Below are positions 27,357 to 37,406 of a DNA stretch of 49,488 nucleotides, piece by piece (position 1 is the stretch's first letter; every line of letters starts with the position of its first letter). Source of the stretch: Alphaproteobacteria bacterium. GTDB lineage: Bacteria > Pseudomonadota > Alphaproteobacteria > ATCC43930 > CGMCC-115725. The stretch lies in the NCBI GenBank assembly GCA_019238055.1, contig JAFAOB010000218.1, positions 1 to 49,488 of the forward strand, in the 5' to 3' direction. Below the pieces are notes generated by a model. That model saw nothing but the letters and a program-made list of their open reading frames with translations. It made no database searches and had not been told where the DNA came from. The translations under genes were made by a program, and so were the position numbers.

Positions 27357-29174
27357 ATGAAACGTGGACTGCCTAACGGTATCGCAATCGTGGTTCTCGG
27401 CCCCTCTGGAGAAGCGCTCGGTCGTCATCTGCAAGCAATATTGCCCGAAGCCGAATTGCACGGTCCCCGCGCCCGATCAGGCGATTGGGACATCGCGTAT
27501 GATCAAGCTGCTGCACACATAGCCAGCCTCTTCGCCTCGAGCCGGCCGATTGTCGGGATCTGCGCCAGCGGCATCCTGATCCGCTCGGTGGCGCCGCTCC
27601 TCGCGGCAAAAGAACACGAGCCGCCGGTCGTCGCCGTTGCCGAAGATGGCTCGGTTGCGGTGCCGTTGGTCGGCGGGCATCACGGCGCAAACGCGATCGC
27701 CCGCGCAGTCGCCGACGCGACAGGCGGAACCGCCGCGATCACCACGGCCGGTGATCTGCGGCTCGGCTTGGCGCTCGACGAACCGCCACCCGGCTGGCGC
27801 ATCGCCAATCCGCAGTGGGTCAAGCAGGTTGCCGCCGCGCTGCTCGCCGGCGAGCCTGTCGCGCTAATCGAGGAGGCCGGCGGCGGCGAATGGCTGCGCC
27901 AGGCGGAGATTGTCTGGGCAGAGGACGCTCCGACCCGGATCGTCGTGACCGACCGAACGCCAGCTTCGGGTGCCACGGCGCTCTTCTATCACCCGCCGGT
28001 ACTGGCGCTTGGCATCGGCTGCGAGCGCGGCTGTCCGGCCGAGGAGATCACCCTCCTTGCACGGATGTGCCTAGCCGAAGCCGGGATCGCCGAAGGCGCT
28101 GTCGCCGCGATCGTCTCGATCGATTTGAAGCTCGGCGAACCTGGAATCCACGCACTGGCCCATGCTCTCGACGTGCCGGCGCGGTTTTTTCCGGCAGCGC
28201 GCCTGCTCAGCGAGACGGAACGTCTTACCGAGCGCTCGGCAGCGGTGTTGCGCGCCACCGGCTGCTGGGGTGTCGCCGAAGGTGCCGCACTCGCGGCCGT
28301 CGGAGCCGACGGAACCCTGGTCGTGCCAAAGCGCAAATCGCAGCATGCAACCTGCGCCATCGCCCGCGCCGCGCAGCCAATCGACGTCACTGCGATCGGG
28401 CGGCGCGGCCGGCTGGCGATCGTCGGCATCGGTCCCGGCGACCCGGCTTGGCGCACCCCGGAGGCGAGTTCGGCCCTCGCCTCGTCGCAGGACGTAGTGG
28501 GATATCGCCTCTATCTCGATCTGCTCGGATCGGCAATCGCCGGCAAACGGCGACACGAAACGGCACTTGGTGAGGAAGAAGCACGGGTGCGCCGGGCGCT
28601 CGATCTCGCCGCCGAGGGCCGCGACGTCGCCCTTGTGTCATCGGGCGATGCCGGCATTTACGGTCTGGCGGCGCTGGTTTTCGAATTGCTCGACCGCGCC
28701 GCACGCCCGGAATGGCAGTCTGTCGAAATCGCCGTGTGCCCCGGTGTTTCGGCATTGCAGGCCGCAGCGGCGCGGGCGGGAGCGCCGCTCGGCCACGATT
28801 TCTGCGCGATCTCGCTGTCCGACCTGTTGACCCCGTGGGCCACGATCCGGGCGCGACTCGAGCTTGCGGCGGCAGCCGATTTCGTCGTGGCACTTTTCAA
28901 TCCATGCTCGGCGCGACGGTCCGAGCGGTTTGCCGAAGCAGTACAAATCCTGGAGCGCCACCGTTTGCCGGAAATACCTGTCTTTATTGGGCGTAATCTC
29001 GGGCGCCCCGGAGAGGAAACCCGCATCATCCCGCTTCGCGACCTCGCCGCTGCTGCTGCCGGGATCGACATGCTGACCATAGTATTGGTCGGAAATAGCA
29101 CGACGCGGATCGGTGGCGGCAATCCGCCCCGGCTTTACACGCCGCGCGGTTATTGTGTCGACGCAGCCCGGTGA
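27357..29174 (+). CDS. cobJ: bifunctional CbiG-like (cobalt-precorrin-5A hydrolase / CobE) + precorrin-3B C17-methyltransferase (CobJ/CbiH)
   Basis: The N-terminal half carries CbiG_N/C-like motifs ([25 protein letters not shown]; [10 protein letters not shown]). The C-terminal half is a tetrapyrrole methylase ([22 protein letters not shown]). Confidence 0.85.
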   Translation: MKRGLPNGIAIVVLGPSGEALGRHLQAILPEAELHGPRARSGDWDIAYDQAAAHIASLFASSRPIVGICASGILIRSVAPLLAAKEHEPPVVAVAEDGSVAVPLVGGHHGANAIARAVADATGGTAAITTAGDLRLGLALDEPPPGWRIANPQWVKQVAAALLAGEPVALIEEAGGGEWLRQAEIVWAEDAPTRIVVTDRTPASGATALFYHPPVLALGIGCERGCPAEEITLLARMCLAEAGIAEGAVAAIVSIDLKLGEPGIHALAHALDVPARFFPAARLLSETERLTERSAAVLRATGCWGVAEGAALAAVGADGTLVVPKRKSQHATCAIARAAQPIDVTAIGRRGRLAIVGIGPGDPAWRTPEASSALASSQDVVGYRLYLDLLGSAIAGKRRHETALGEEEARVRRALDLAAEGRDVALVSSGDAGIYGLAALVFELLDRAARPEWQSVEIAVCPGVSALQAAAARAGAPLGHDFCAISLSDLLTPWATIRARLELAAAADFVVALFNPCSARRSERFAEAVQILERHRLPEIPVFIGRNLGRPGEETRIIPLRDLAAAAAGIDMLTIVLVGNSTTRIGGGNPPRLYTPRGYCVDAAR

Positions 29175-29938
29175 CCGTGCATTTTATCGGTGCCGGACCC
29201 GGCGCCGCCGATTTGATCACCGTGCGCGGCTTGCGGCTCATCGAGCGCTGCCCAGTCTGCCTTTATGCCGGTTCATTGGTGCCTTCAGAAATTCTCGCCG
29301 CGGCGCCACCCGGTGCCCGCATCATCGACACCGCACCCTTAACCCTCGACGAGATTATCGCGCACATCGCGGCGGCGCATGAGCAGAACCTTGACGTCGC
29401 CCGGCTGCATTCCGGTGACCCATCGCTTTATGGGGCGATTGCCGAGCAAATGCGTCGCCTCGACGCACTCGGCATTCCCTATGATGTGACTCCGGGCGTA
29501 CCGGCCTTCGCCGCCACTGCCGCGGCGATCGGCTGCGAGCTGACCCTGACGGAAATCGTGCAGACCGTGATCCTGACGCGCACCGCTACACGTTCGTCAC
29601 CAATGCCGAAGCGCGAAGCGCTCGAGCGGCTGGCGGTGAGTGGCGCCACCTTGGCAATCCACCTCTCGGTGACCAATCTGGCCCGGATCGTTCGCGCGCT
29701 GACGCCTTATTACGGCGCCGATTGCCCGGCGGTCGTTGCCTATCGCGTCAGCTGGCCCGACCAGAAACTGATCCGCGGCACCCTCGGCGACATCCGCGAG
29801 CGGGTGAAAGCGGCGCACCTCACTCGTACCGCGCTGGTTCTGGTTGGCGCGGCGCTTGGCGGCGCTTACACCACGGCCAGCGAAAGCCGGCTCTACGCCG
29901 CCGACCACCATCACCTGCTGCGCCCGCGCCGCGCTTGA
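29171..29938 (+). CDS. cobM: precorrin-4 C11-methyltransferase
   Basis: [37 protein letters not shown]. The GTG start overlaps the upstream stop as GTGA (29171-29174). Confidence 0.88.
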   Translation: MTVHFIGAGPGAADLITVRGLRLIERCPVCLYAGSLVPSEILAAAPPGARIIDTAPLTLDEIIAHIAAAHEQNLDVARLHSGDPSLYGAIAEQMRRLDALGIPYDVTPGVPAFAATAAAIGCELTLTEIVQTVILTRTATRSSPMPKREALERLAVSGATLAIHLSVTNLARIVRALTPYYGADCPAVVAYRVSWPDQKLIRGTLGDIRERVKAAHLTRTALVLVGAALGGAYTTASESRLYAADHHHLLRPRRA

Positions 29939-30020
29939 GCGCCGCTTTTCGCCGCACTTGCCGAGGCCCGTCTCCACGCTCAATTTGCGATCCAGTGTGA
30001 TTTGTTTGGAGCCGGCCCGC

Positions 30021-31226
30021 GTGTCTCTATCGACAACGGCTCAGCCATCGACTGCACTAGACAAGCTGGCGGAAGACAAGCTGGCGGACGAAACTCCGCG
30101 AAGAGCGGTCGCCGCGTGGCTTTTTGGATGCTGTGGGCTGATCTTTTTGATGATCGTCGTCGGCGGGGTTACGCGGCTCACTTTGTCGGGGCTGTCGATC
30201 ACCGAGTGGCACCCGATTATCGGTATCATCCCGCCGCTAACCGAGGCGCAGTGGGCGGACGCATTCGCCCATTATCAGCAAGTTCCGGAATATCGTGCGC
30301 TCCACTACGGGATGAGCCTAGCCGATTTCAAAACGATCTTCTTCTGGGAATACACGCATCGCTTACTTGGCCGCCTGATCGGTGTTGCGTTTGCCGTGCC
30401 ACTGGTGTGGTTCTGGCTGCGCGGGGCACTGCCGCGCCGGTTGGCGCCGGCGCTGCTCGGCATTCTGGCGCTCGGCTTCGCCCAGGGTCTGCTCGGCTGG
30501 TACATGGTTGAAAGCGGGCTCGCCGACCGGATCGAGGTCAGCCAATACCGCCTCGTGGCCCATCTGGCACTGGCGCTGGCGATCTATAGTTTAATCCTGT
30601 GGACCGCATTGGGGCTGTCATATCCCTTTTCACCCGCCAGAGGGGAGAGGGAACGGCTCGACCCCCACCCTCCCCTCCCCCGCCAGCGGGGGAGGGTCAG
30701 GGAGGGGGGCTGCCCGCGGGGTTTAGTCGGACAAGGGGCGGGCTGGCGGCGCACAGCCGAGGCGCTGGTCGGCTTTGTCGGGTTAACGATCGCTGCCGGC
30801 GGATTTGTCGCCGGCACCCGCGCCGGCCTCATTTACAACACCTTCCCGCTGATGGATGGGCATTTGATCCCGGCTGGATATGCCCAGCTGCATCCTTTCA
30901 TGCGCAACTGGTTCGAGAACATCCCGGCGATCCAGTTCGATCACCGCCTGCTGGCTGAGACCACCTTTCTTTTTATACTGGTGCTGTGGGCGGTTGGCCT
31001 GCGTCACCCCCTCCCCCACCCTGCCCGCGCCGCCCTCTGGGCACTGTTCGGCGCCGCCCTCGTGCAGGTGACGCTCGGCATCTCGACCTTGCTTTTGGTT
31101 GTGCCAATCCCGCTCGCCGCGGCCCACCAAGCCGGCGCGGTTCTGCTGCTGACCACCGCGATCGCCTTTCGCCATACTTTGCGCCCGGCGGCACTGATAG
31201 ACGCGAAAGGGGCCGCGCCCATATAG
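30021..31226 (+). CDS. ctaA: COX15/CtaA family heme A synthase
   Basis: [22 protein letters not shown]..., [20 protein letters not shown] and HRLLAETT motifs. Start tentatively placed at GTG 30021 (alternative GTG at 29997). The track ORF start (29844) overlaps cobM. Confidence 0.85.
   Translation: MSLSTTAQPSTALDKLAEDKLADETPRRAVAAWLFGCCGLIFLMIVVGGVTRLTLSGLSITEWHPIIGIIPPLTEAQWADAFAHYQQVPEYRALHYGMSLADFKTIFFWEYTHRLLGRLIGVAFAVPLVWFWLRGALPRRLAPALLGILALGFAQGLLGWYMVESGLADRIEVSQYRLVAHLALALAIYSLILWTALGLSYPFSPARGERERLDPHPPLPRQRGRVREGGCPRGLVGQGAGWRRTAEALVGFVGLTIAAGGFVAGTRAGLIYNTFPLMDGHLIPAGYAQLHPFMRNWFENIPAIQFDHRLLAETTFLFILVLWAVGLRHPLPHPARAALWALFGAALVQVTLGISTLLLVVPIPLAAAHQAGAVLLLTTAIAFRHTLRPAALIDAKGAAPI
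30661..30709. repeat. G/C-rich imperfect inverted repeat (REP-like hairpin) lying in frame inside ctaA
   Basis: ACCCCCACCCTCCCCTCCCCCGC-CA-GCGGGGGAGGGTCAGGGAGGGGGG. The 11 bp next to the loop pair perfectly, then pairing resumes after a small bulge. Confidence 0.6.
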
Positions 31227-31251
31227 TTCCCGTAATGCGCGGGAGGAAATC

Positions 31252-33423
31252 ATGGCCGAGGATGGCGCCTTTGCGAAAAAGACCATCGATGACTGGACGG
31301 CACTGGCGCAGAAGGAGCTAAGGGGCAAGCCGCTCGACAGCCTCGACTGGACCACGCCCGAGGGCATCCGCGTCAAGCCGCTCTACACCGCCGCCGATCT
31401 CGCAGCGATCGAGGCGGCCGGCTTTCCGCTTGGTTCGATGCCCGGTTTCCCGCCTTATCCGCGCGGACCGCGAGCCACGATGTACGCCAACCGGCCGTGG
31501 ACGATCCGGCAATATTCAGGCTTTTCGACCGCCAAGGAGTCGAACCGTTTTTATCGCGAAAATTTGAAGGCGGGGCAGATGGGTCTGTCGATCGCTTTCG
31601 ATCTCGCGACCCATCGCGGCTACGACAGCGACCATCCGCGCGTCATCGGCGATGTCGGCAAGGCCGGGGTGGCGATCGACAGCGTCGAGGACATGAAGAT
31701 TTTGTTCGACGGCATCCCGCTCGACCGGATGAGCGTGTCGATGACCATGAACGGCGCGGTTTTGCCCGTGCTTGCCGGCTATATCGTCGCCGCCGAAGAA
31801 CAGGGCGTGCCCCAAGACAAGCTGCAAGGCACGATCCAGAACGACATTTTAAAAGAGTTCATGGTCCGCAACACCTACATCTACCCGCCCGGGCCATCGA
31901 TGCGGATCGTCGCTGACATTATCGAATACACGGCGCGCCATATGCTGCGCTTCAATTCGATTTCGATCTCCGGCTATCACATGGAGGAAGCCGGTGCCAC
32001 CTCGGTTCAGGAGCTGGGCTTCACCTTGGCCGACGGGCTCGAATACGTCCGCGCGGCCTTGTCGCGCGGGCTAAAGATTGACGAATTCGCGCCACGGCTG
32101 TCATTCTTTTTCGGGATCGGCATGAATTTCTTTATGGAGATCGCGAAACTGCGCGCCGCGCGGATATTGTGGGCGCGGCTGATGCAGCAATTCGGGCCAG
32201 GGGACCCGGTGAGTCTCGCGTTGCGCACCCATTGCCAGACTTCGGGGGTCAGCCTGACCGAGCAGGACCCGCACAACAACATCATCCGCACGACAATCGA
32301 GGCCTTGGCCGCGGTGCTCGGCGGCACCCAGTCTTTGCACACGAATTCGTATGATGAGGCGATGGCGCTGCCGACTCCGGCCTCGATGCGCATTGCCCGC
32401 AATACCCAGCTGATCCTCGCCGAAGAGACCGGCATCCCTCATGTCGTCGATCCGTTGGGCGGCAGCTATTATGTGGAAAATCTGACCCACTCGCTGTGCG
32501 AGGCGGCGAGTGCCTTGATCAAAGAGGTCGAGGCGCTGGGCGGCATGACCAAGGCGGTCGAGGCTGGCATGCCAAAATTACGCATCGAGGAGGCCGCGGC
32601 ACGGCGTCAGGCGGCGATCGACCGTAGCGAAGAGACGATCGTCGGCGTCAATAAATACCAATCGGGCGAGGCGACCGCGATTGAACTGCTCGATGTCGAC
32701 AATTCGGCGGTCCGCAACGCGCAGGTGGCCCGGCTCGCCCAACTCCGCCGCAACCGGGATCCCGAGCGCTGCCGGCGGGCGCTGGCGGCGCTGACCAAAG
32801 CGGCGCAAAGCGGCCGCGGCAACCTCTTGGAATTGTCGATCGAGGCGACGCGGGCGCGCGCCACGGTCGGCGAAATCTCCGATGCGCTGGAACAGGTGTT
32901 CACCCGGCATCGCGCTCAGATCCGTGCTGTTTCCGGCGTCTATGGCGGCCGCTACGATGGTGACGAAGGGTTTCGCCGCATTCAGCGTGAGATCGACGCC
33001 TTTGCCCATGACGAGGGTCGGCGGCCGCGCATGCTGGTCGTCAAGCTCGGCCAGGATGGCCATGACCGCGGCGCCAAGGTCATCGTCACCGCCTTTGCCG
33101 ATATCGGCTTTGATGTCGATATCGGTCCGTTGTTCCAGACGCCGGAAGAAGCGGCGCGCGAGGCCGTCGAAAACGATGTCCATGTCATTGGCGTATCGAG
33201 CCAGGCGGCCGGCCACAAGACACTGGTCCCGGCGCTGATCGAGGCGCTTAAGCACGAGGGGGCCGACGACATCCTGGTCGTCTGCGGCGGCGTAATCCCC
33301 GCCAAGGACTATGATTTTCTGAAGAAGGCCGGTGTCAGCGCGATCTTTGGCCCCGGCACCAACATCCCCGCCGCCGCCGCCGAAATCCTGTCGCTGATCC
33401 GGACCCACCGCCTAGCGGTGTGA
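31252..33423 (+). CDS. scpA: methylmalonyl-CoA mutase, large (alpha) subunit with C-terminal B12-binding domain
   Basis: 723 aa. N-terminus has [14 protein letters not shown] and [18 protein letters not shown]. The B12 domain has [16 protein letters not shown]. Confidence 0.95.
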   Translation: MAEDGAFAKKTIDDWTALAQKELRGKPLDSLDWTTPEGIRVKPLYTAADLAAIEAAGFPLGSMPGFPPYPRGPRATMYANRPWTIRQYSGFSTAKESNRFYRENLKAGQMGLSIAFDLATHRGYDSDHPRVIGDVGKAGVAIDSVEDMKILFDGIPLDRMSVSMTMNGAVLPVLAGYIVAAEEQGVPQDKLQGTIQNDILKEFMVRNTYIYPPGPSMRIVADIIEYTARHMLRFNSISISGYHMEEAGATSVQELGFTLADGLEYVRAALSRGLKIDEFAPRLSFFFGIGMNFFMEIAKLRAARILWARLMQQFGPGDPVSLALRTHCQTSGVSLTEQDPHNNIIRTTIEALAAVLGGTQSLHTNSYDEAMALPTPASMRIARNTQLILAEETGIPHVVDPLGGSYYVENLTHSLCEAASALIKEVEALGGMTKAVEAGMPKLRIEEAAARRQAAIDRSEETIVGVNKYQSGEATAIELLDVDNSAVRNAQVARLAQLRRNRDPERCRRALAALTKAAQSGRGNLLELSIEATRARATVGEISDALEQVFTRHRAQIRAVSGVYGGRYDGDEGFRRIQREIDAFAHDEGRRPRMLVVKLGQDGHDRGAKVIVTAFADIGFDVDIGPLFQTPEEAAREAVENDVHVIGVSSQAAGHKTLVPALIEALKHEGADDILVVCGGVIPAKDYDFLKKAGVSAIFGPGTNIPAAAAEILSLIRTHRLAV
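33379..33423 (+). repeat. direct repeat copy 1 (authentic 3' end of the mutase gene)
   Basis: GCCGAAATCCTGTCGCTGATCCGGACCCACCGCCTAGCGGTGTGA. Compare 34150-34195. Confidence 0.75.
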
Positions 33424-33435
33424 TGCTGTCTCGGG

Positions 33436-33675
33436 TCACTTTGCCGCCGCGATGTGCAATTCGGCCTCGACGGGCACCTCGAAGATTTCTCCGCGCAACA
33501 GCCGGGTGGAGAAGAATAGCACCTCCAGATTTTCGATCTCTCCAGTTTTCGGGTTAAGGCGCGCGATGACGTCATCGCCCAGTTCTTCCGACTCTTGTTC
33601 GCGATATGGCGGACATTTGTCAATGTGAAGGATGTCGGCATCGCGATCATATTTGAAGCTCAATTTCGCGCCCAT
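33436..33675 (-). CDS. DUF2283 domain-containing protein (antitoxin-like partner)
   Basis: 79 aa from the internal Met MGAKLSFKYDRDADILHIDKCPPY..ARLNPKTGEIENLEVLFFS, with SD GGGAGAGG before the ATG at 33675. The longer track ORF (to 33798) has an Arg/Gly-rich N-terminal extension that does not look like coding sequence. Confidence 0.7.
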   Translation of the reverse strand: MGAKLSFKYDRDADILHIDKCPPYREQESEELGDDVIARLNPKTGEIENLEVLFFSTRLLRGEIFEVPVEAELHIAAAK

Positions 33676-33722
33676 TCCACCTCTCCCGCCCCCAGTTTCC
33701 GTGCAATATACGCGGTAATAAT

Positions 33723-34043
33723 CTAATAAAGGCTTTTGTCGCTGAGACCCACCACTACTACGACCACGTGCTTGCCCTCTTTCAGATCGGAATGCCATCG
33801 TGAAAACAGCCTGGCTGCAGCAAAGCGCCTGCTGCGCCGTATCTCATCAGGCGCGGCAAGGGTAGTGGCAATCCGATCCCGATGTTCCGGCAACAGGTCA
33901 GGATGACGCTCGGCAATGTGACGCTCGCGCTCGCGGCTGAGTTCGACCCCCCGACCGAGATAGGGACAGGCAAATGCAGTCTCGATAACGACCTTCTTTT
34001 CTATGCGATCCAGGTGACAGAGGACCGCCTCAAAGAATGCCTC
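33723..34043 (-). pseudogene. start-less ORF resembling a small toxin-like partner gene upstream of DUF2283
   Basis: My own translation gives a 106-codon open frame: ..SRERERHIAERHPDLLPEHRDRIATTLAAPDEIRRSRRFAAARLFSRWHSDLKEGKHVVVVVVGLSDKSLY*. It has no in-frame ATG/GTG/TTG. The nearest ATG (34047-34045) is one base out of frame and stops after 5 codons. Not in the ORF track. Confidence 0.4.
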
Positions 34044-34149
34044 TCATACGCTTGTTATGGCGGAGATCCTGATCGTAAGAGCGCGATCAGCTAAAGTTAA
34101 AAGTCGGGTTCAGCGCAACCCACAACCCCAGGACCAAGCTGCCGCTCTC

Positions 34150-34195
34150 GCCGAAATCCTCTCGCTGATTCAAACCCATCGCCTCGCCGCGTTGA
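34150..34195 (+). repeat. direct repeat copy 2 (orphan remnant of a mutase 3' end)
   Basis: GCCGAAATCCTCTCGCTGATTCAAACCCATCGCCTCGCCGCGTTGA reads ..AEILSLIQTHRLAA.., against ..[14 protein letters not shown] at the real gene end. Confidence 0.75.
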
Positions 34196-34472
34196 GAGAG
34201 CCGAGGCTACGATATATGTCGACAAAAAACAGCAGACCGTGTGGAAACACTGTTTGCGGTGGCGCGCACCATATCCACCCTAATTTATCCGACGGCGCGG
34301 GCGAACTCAGGTTGAGCCCTGCTCACGATGTCAGCAATCAGCGGCACAAGCAGAATAATAACCATAATTGTCGGAGCGCCGCATTGACGGTGCAGGCAGT
34401 CATTCATAAGTTTCGGCGCGAAAGCCGGCTCACCTAAGGGTCGTGTTTTTTTTGAGAGCGAGGATTGGCGCA

Positions 34473-35630
34473 ATGAAGCCGACGCGGCGTCCGCATAACC
34501 CGTGTTTCTCATCCGGGCCATGCGCCAAGCGCCCGGGCTGGTCGCCCGCGGCACTGGAAGCGGCCCTGGTCGGGCGCTCGCATCGCTCCGGTGTCGGCAA
34601 GACGCGCATCGTCGAGGTCGTCGATCGCTCGCGGGCGATTCTCGGTATCCCGGCCGACTGGCAGGTCGGCATTGTCGCCGGCTCCGACACCGGTGCAATC
34701 GAGATCGCGATGTGGTCGCTGCTCGGCGCCCGCGGCATTGACATGCTCGCCTGGGAGAATTTTGGCGAAGGCTGGGTCGAGGACGTAAAGCAACTGAACT
34801 TGCCGGATGTCCGGGTGTTGCATGCGCCCTATGGCCGGCTGCCGAATTTGCGTGAGGTCGACCCGGCACGCGACGTCGTCTTCCCGTGGAACGGCACAAC
34901 GGCGGGGGTGCGCATCCCAAATGGCGACTGGATCGCCGCTGATCGCAAGGGCCTCGCCATCTGCGACGCCACCTCGGCCGTATTTGCGATGCGGCTCCCC
35001 TGGGACAAGCTCGATGTCGTCACCTGGTCATGGCAAAAGGCGCTCGGCGGCGAGGCGGCGCACGGCATGCTGGCATTGTCGCCACGGGCTGTCGAGCGCC
35101 TCGAAAGCTATACCCCGCCTTGGCCGCTGCCCAAGCTCTTCCGGCTGACCTCAAAGGGCAAATTGATCAAGGGCGTATTCCAAGGCGAGACGATCAACAC
35201 TCCGTCGATGCTGTGCGTTGAAGACGCGCTTGACTCGCTGTTATGGGCCGAGTCGGTCGGCGGGCTCGACGGGTTGACCGCCCGTTCGGAGAAGAACCTC
35301 GCGATCGTCGCCGCGTGGACTGCGCAAACGCCGTGGATCGAGTTCCTCGCTGAAGACCCGGCGACGATCTCATGCACCTCGCCGCAGCTGAAGATCATCG
35401 AGCCGTGGTTTACGGCATTATCGCCTGATGAGCGGTTTCAAACCGTTCGTACGATGACAGCCCGGCTCGAAAAAGAGGGAGCGGCGTATGACATCGCCAG
35501 CCACCGAGCCTCGCCGCCCGGGATCCGAATCTGGACCGGTGCCACGGTCGAAGCCAGCGATGTCGAGGCGTTGATGCCATGGCTCGATTGGGCCTGGGAC
35601 GAGCAATGTCGGCTCGCAAAGGCGGCCTGA
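34473..35630 (+). CDS. serC: phosphoserine aminotransferase (alphaproteobacterial long form)
   Basis: [23 protein letters not shown]... and genomic linkage with serA. Confidence 0.9.
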   Translation: MKPTRRPHNPCFSSGPCAKRPGWSPAALEAALVGRSHRSGVGKTRIVEVVDRSRAILGIPADWQVGIVAGSDTGAIEIAMWSLLGARGIDMLAWENFGEGWVEDVKQLNLPDVRVLHAPYGRLPNLREVDPARDVVFPWNGTTAGVRIPNGDWIAADRKGLAICDATSAVFAMRLPWDKLDVVTWSWQKALGGEAAHGMLALSPRAVERLESYTPPWPLPKLFRLTSKGKLIKGVFQGETINTPSMLCVEDALDSLLWAESVGGLDGLTARSEKNLAIVAAWTAQTPWIEFLAEDPATISCTSPQLKIIEPWFTALSPDERFQTVRTMTARLEKEGAAYDIASHRASPPGIRIWTGATVEASDVEALMPWLDWAWDEQCRLAKAA

Positions 35631-35725
35631 TCCACAGCGAGGCAGCCGGACCAAAGTTTAGGCAGACAGATTTGAACTTCCTGAATGTTTCTGCCTCTGA
35701 GGCAATTGTATTTGGAGCATCGTAG

Positions 35726-37318
35726 ATGCCGAAAGTTCTGATTTCCGACGATTTGAGCCCGCGCGCGGCGCAGATTTTGGCGGCGCGGGGCATCGAAGTC
35801 GACATGCTACCGGGCATCACTGCCGGCGAGCTTAAATCCCGTATTGTCGATTACGATGGCTTGGCCGTGCGCTCGGCGACCAAGGCCACCTCCGAACTCT
35901 TGGCTCACGCACCAAAGCTGAAAATCATCGGTCGCGCCGGCATCGGCGTCGACAATATCGATGTCGCTGCCGCAACCGAGCGCGGCATCGTGGTCATGAA
36001 CACGCCCTACGGCAATTCGACGACCGCCGCCGAGCACGCGATCGCGATGCTGTTTGCGCTGTGTCGCGAAATCCCGGCCGCCGACCGTTCGACCCAGGCC
36101 GGCAAATGGGAGAAATCCCGGTTTATGGGTGTCGAGCTAACCGGGAAGACGCTGGGCGTCGTCGGCTGCGGCAATGTCGGCGCCAGTGTTGCGGTGCGCG
36201 CCCTTGGGCTGCGCATGAAGGTGCTCGCCTATGATCCGTTCCTGTCTTCCGAACGGGCAATTGATCTCGGCGTCGAAAAGGTCAGCTTTGACGAACTCCT
36301 GGCCCGCGCCGATTTCGTCACGCTGCACACGCCCCTAACCGAGGCGACGAAAAACATGATCGACGCTGCCGCGATCGCCCAAATGAAGCGCGGCGTTCGG
36401 CTCGTCAATTGCGCTCGGGGCGGGCTCGTCATCGAGAAAGACCTCGCGGCGGCACTCGACAGCGGCCATGTCGCCGGTGCGGCAATCGATGTCTTTGTCG
36501 AGGAACCGGCGCGCAAGAACCCGCTGTTTGGCCGCGACAATGTCGTCGCGACCCCGCACCTCGGTGCTGCGACGACCGAAGCCCAGGAAAACGTTGCGGT
36601 GCAGATCGCCGAGCAAATGGCGGATTTTCTGCTGACGGGAGCGGTTGCCAATGCCGTCAACGTTCCGTCACTGACGGCGGAAGAAGCCAAGCGCATCCGG
36701 CCTTACATCAGGCTGGCCGAGCAGCTTGGCAGCTTTGCCGGCCAGCTGACCGAGGAGGGCATCACCGCAATCTCGGTCGAGTACGAAGGGGCGATCGCCG
36801 AACTCAACGTCAAGCCGCTGACTGCAATCATGTTGGCCGCGCTGTTGGCGCCCCAGCTCGCCAGCGTCAATATGGTCAACGCACCGGTCATCTGCCGCGA
36901 ACGCGACATCCGCGTTAGCGAGACGCGCCGGGCCGAGGCGGTCGACTATCAGACCTTGATCCGCGTCGTCGTGACCCCGAACGGCCCGGTTGCCGAACGC
37001 CGTCCGCGCGAGGTCGCCGGAACCCTGTTTGGCGGCGACAAGCCACGCATCGTCTCGGTCGAGGGCATTCCACTCGAAGCGGAACTCGGCGGCAACATGC
37101 TGTTCGTGCGCAATCTCGACAAGCCGGGGTTTATCGGCGCGCTCGGTCAGACCCTGGGTGCGGCATCGATCAACATCGCGACATTTCATCTCGGCCGGAC
37201 CGCGCCGGGGCAGGATGCGATCTGCCTTGTCGAAGTCGATCAGCCGCTTTCTTCCGCACTCCTCGATACAGTTTGCGGTTTGCCAAATGTGATCCAGGTC
37301 AAGTCGCTACGCTTTTGA
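35726..37318 (+). CDS. serA: D-3-phosphoglycerate dehydrogenase (long form with ASB/ACT domains)
   Basis: 530 aa. MPKVLISDDLSP..., GKTLGVVGCGNVG (NAD site), and C-terminal ACT-like domain. Confidence 0.94.
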   Translation: MPKVLISDDLSPRAAQILAARGIEVDMLPGITAGELKSRIVDYDGLAVRSATKATSELLAHAPKLKIIGRAGIGVDNIDVAAATERGIVVMNTPYGNSTTAAEHAIAMLFALCREIPAADRSTQAGKWEKSRFMGVELTGKTLGVVGCGNVGASVAVRALGLRMKVLAYDPFLSSERAIDLGVEKVSFDELLARADFVTLHTPLTEATKNMIDAAAIAQMKRGVRLVNCARGGLVIEKDLAAALDSGHVAGAAIDVFVEEPARKNPLFGRDNVVATPHLGAATTEAQENVAVQIAEQMADFLLTGAVANAVNVPSLTAEEAKRIRPYIRLAEQLGSFAGQLTEEGITAISVEYEGAIAELNVKPLTAIMLAALLAPQLASVNMVNAPVICRERDIRVSETRRAEAVDYQTLIRVVVTPNGPVAERRPREVAGTLFGGDKPRIVSVEGIPLEAELGGNMLFVRNLDKPGFIGALGQTLGAASINIATFHLGRTAPGQDAICLVEVDQPLSSALLDTVCGLPNVIQVKSLRF

Positions 37319-37406
37319 GCCCGCCGCTCCGATAATAGACTTCGAGCACTGCGAGCGGCGTTGCTTTCACAGTGCGTTGCGCTCCGGGGTGGTGCAAACT
37401 GAAGAA

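Noticed and set aside
34057-34437. 126-aa + ORF between the TA-like cassette and serC
   Set aside because: It is an artefact. Its only protein-like stretch (AEILSLIQTHRLAA) is the orphan remnant of the mutase 3' end, and the rest is non-coding-looking leader sequence.
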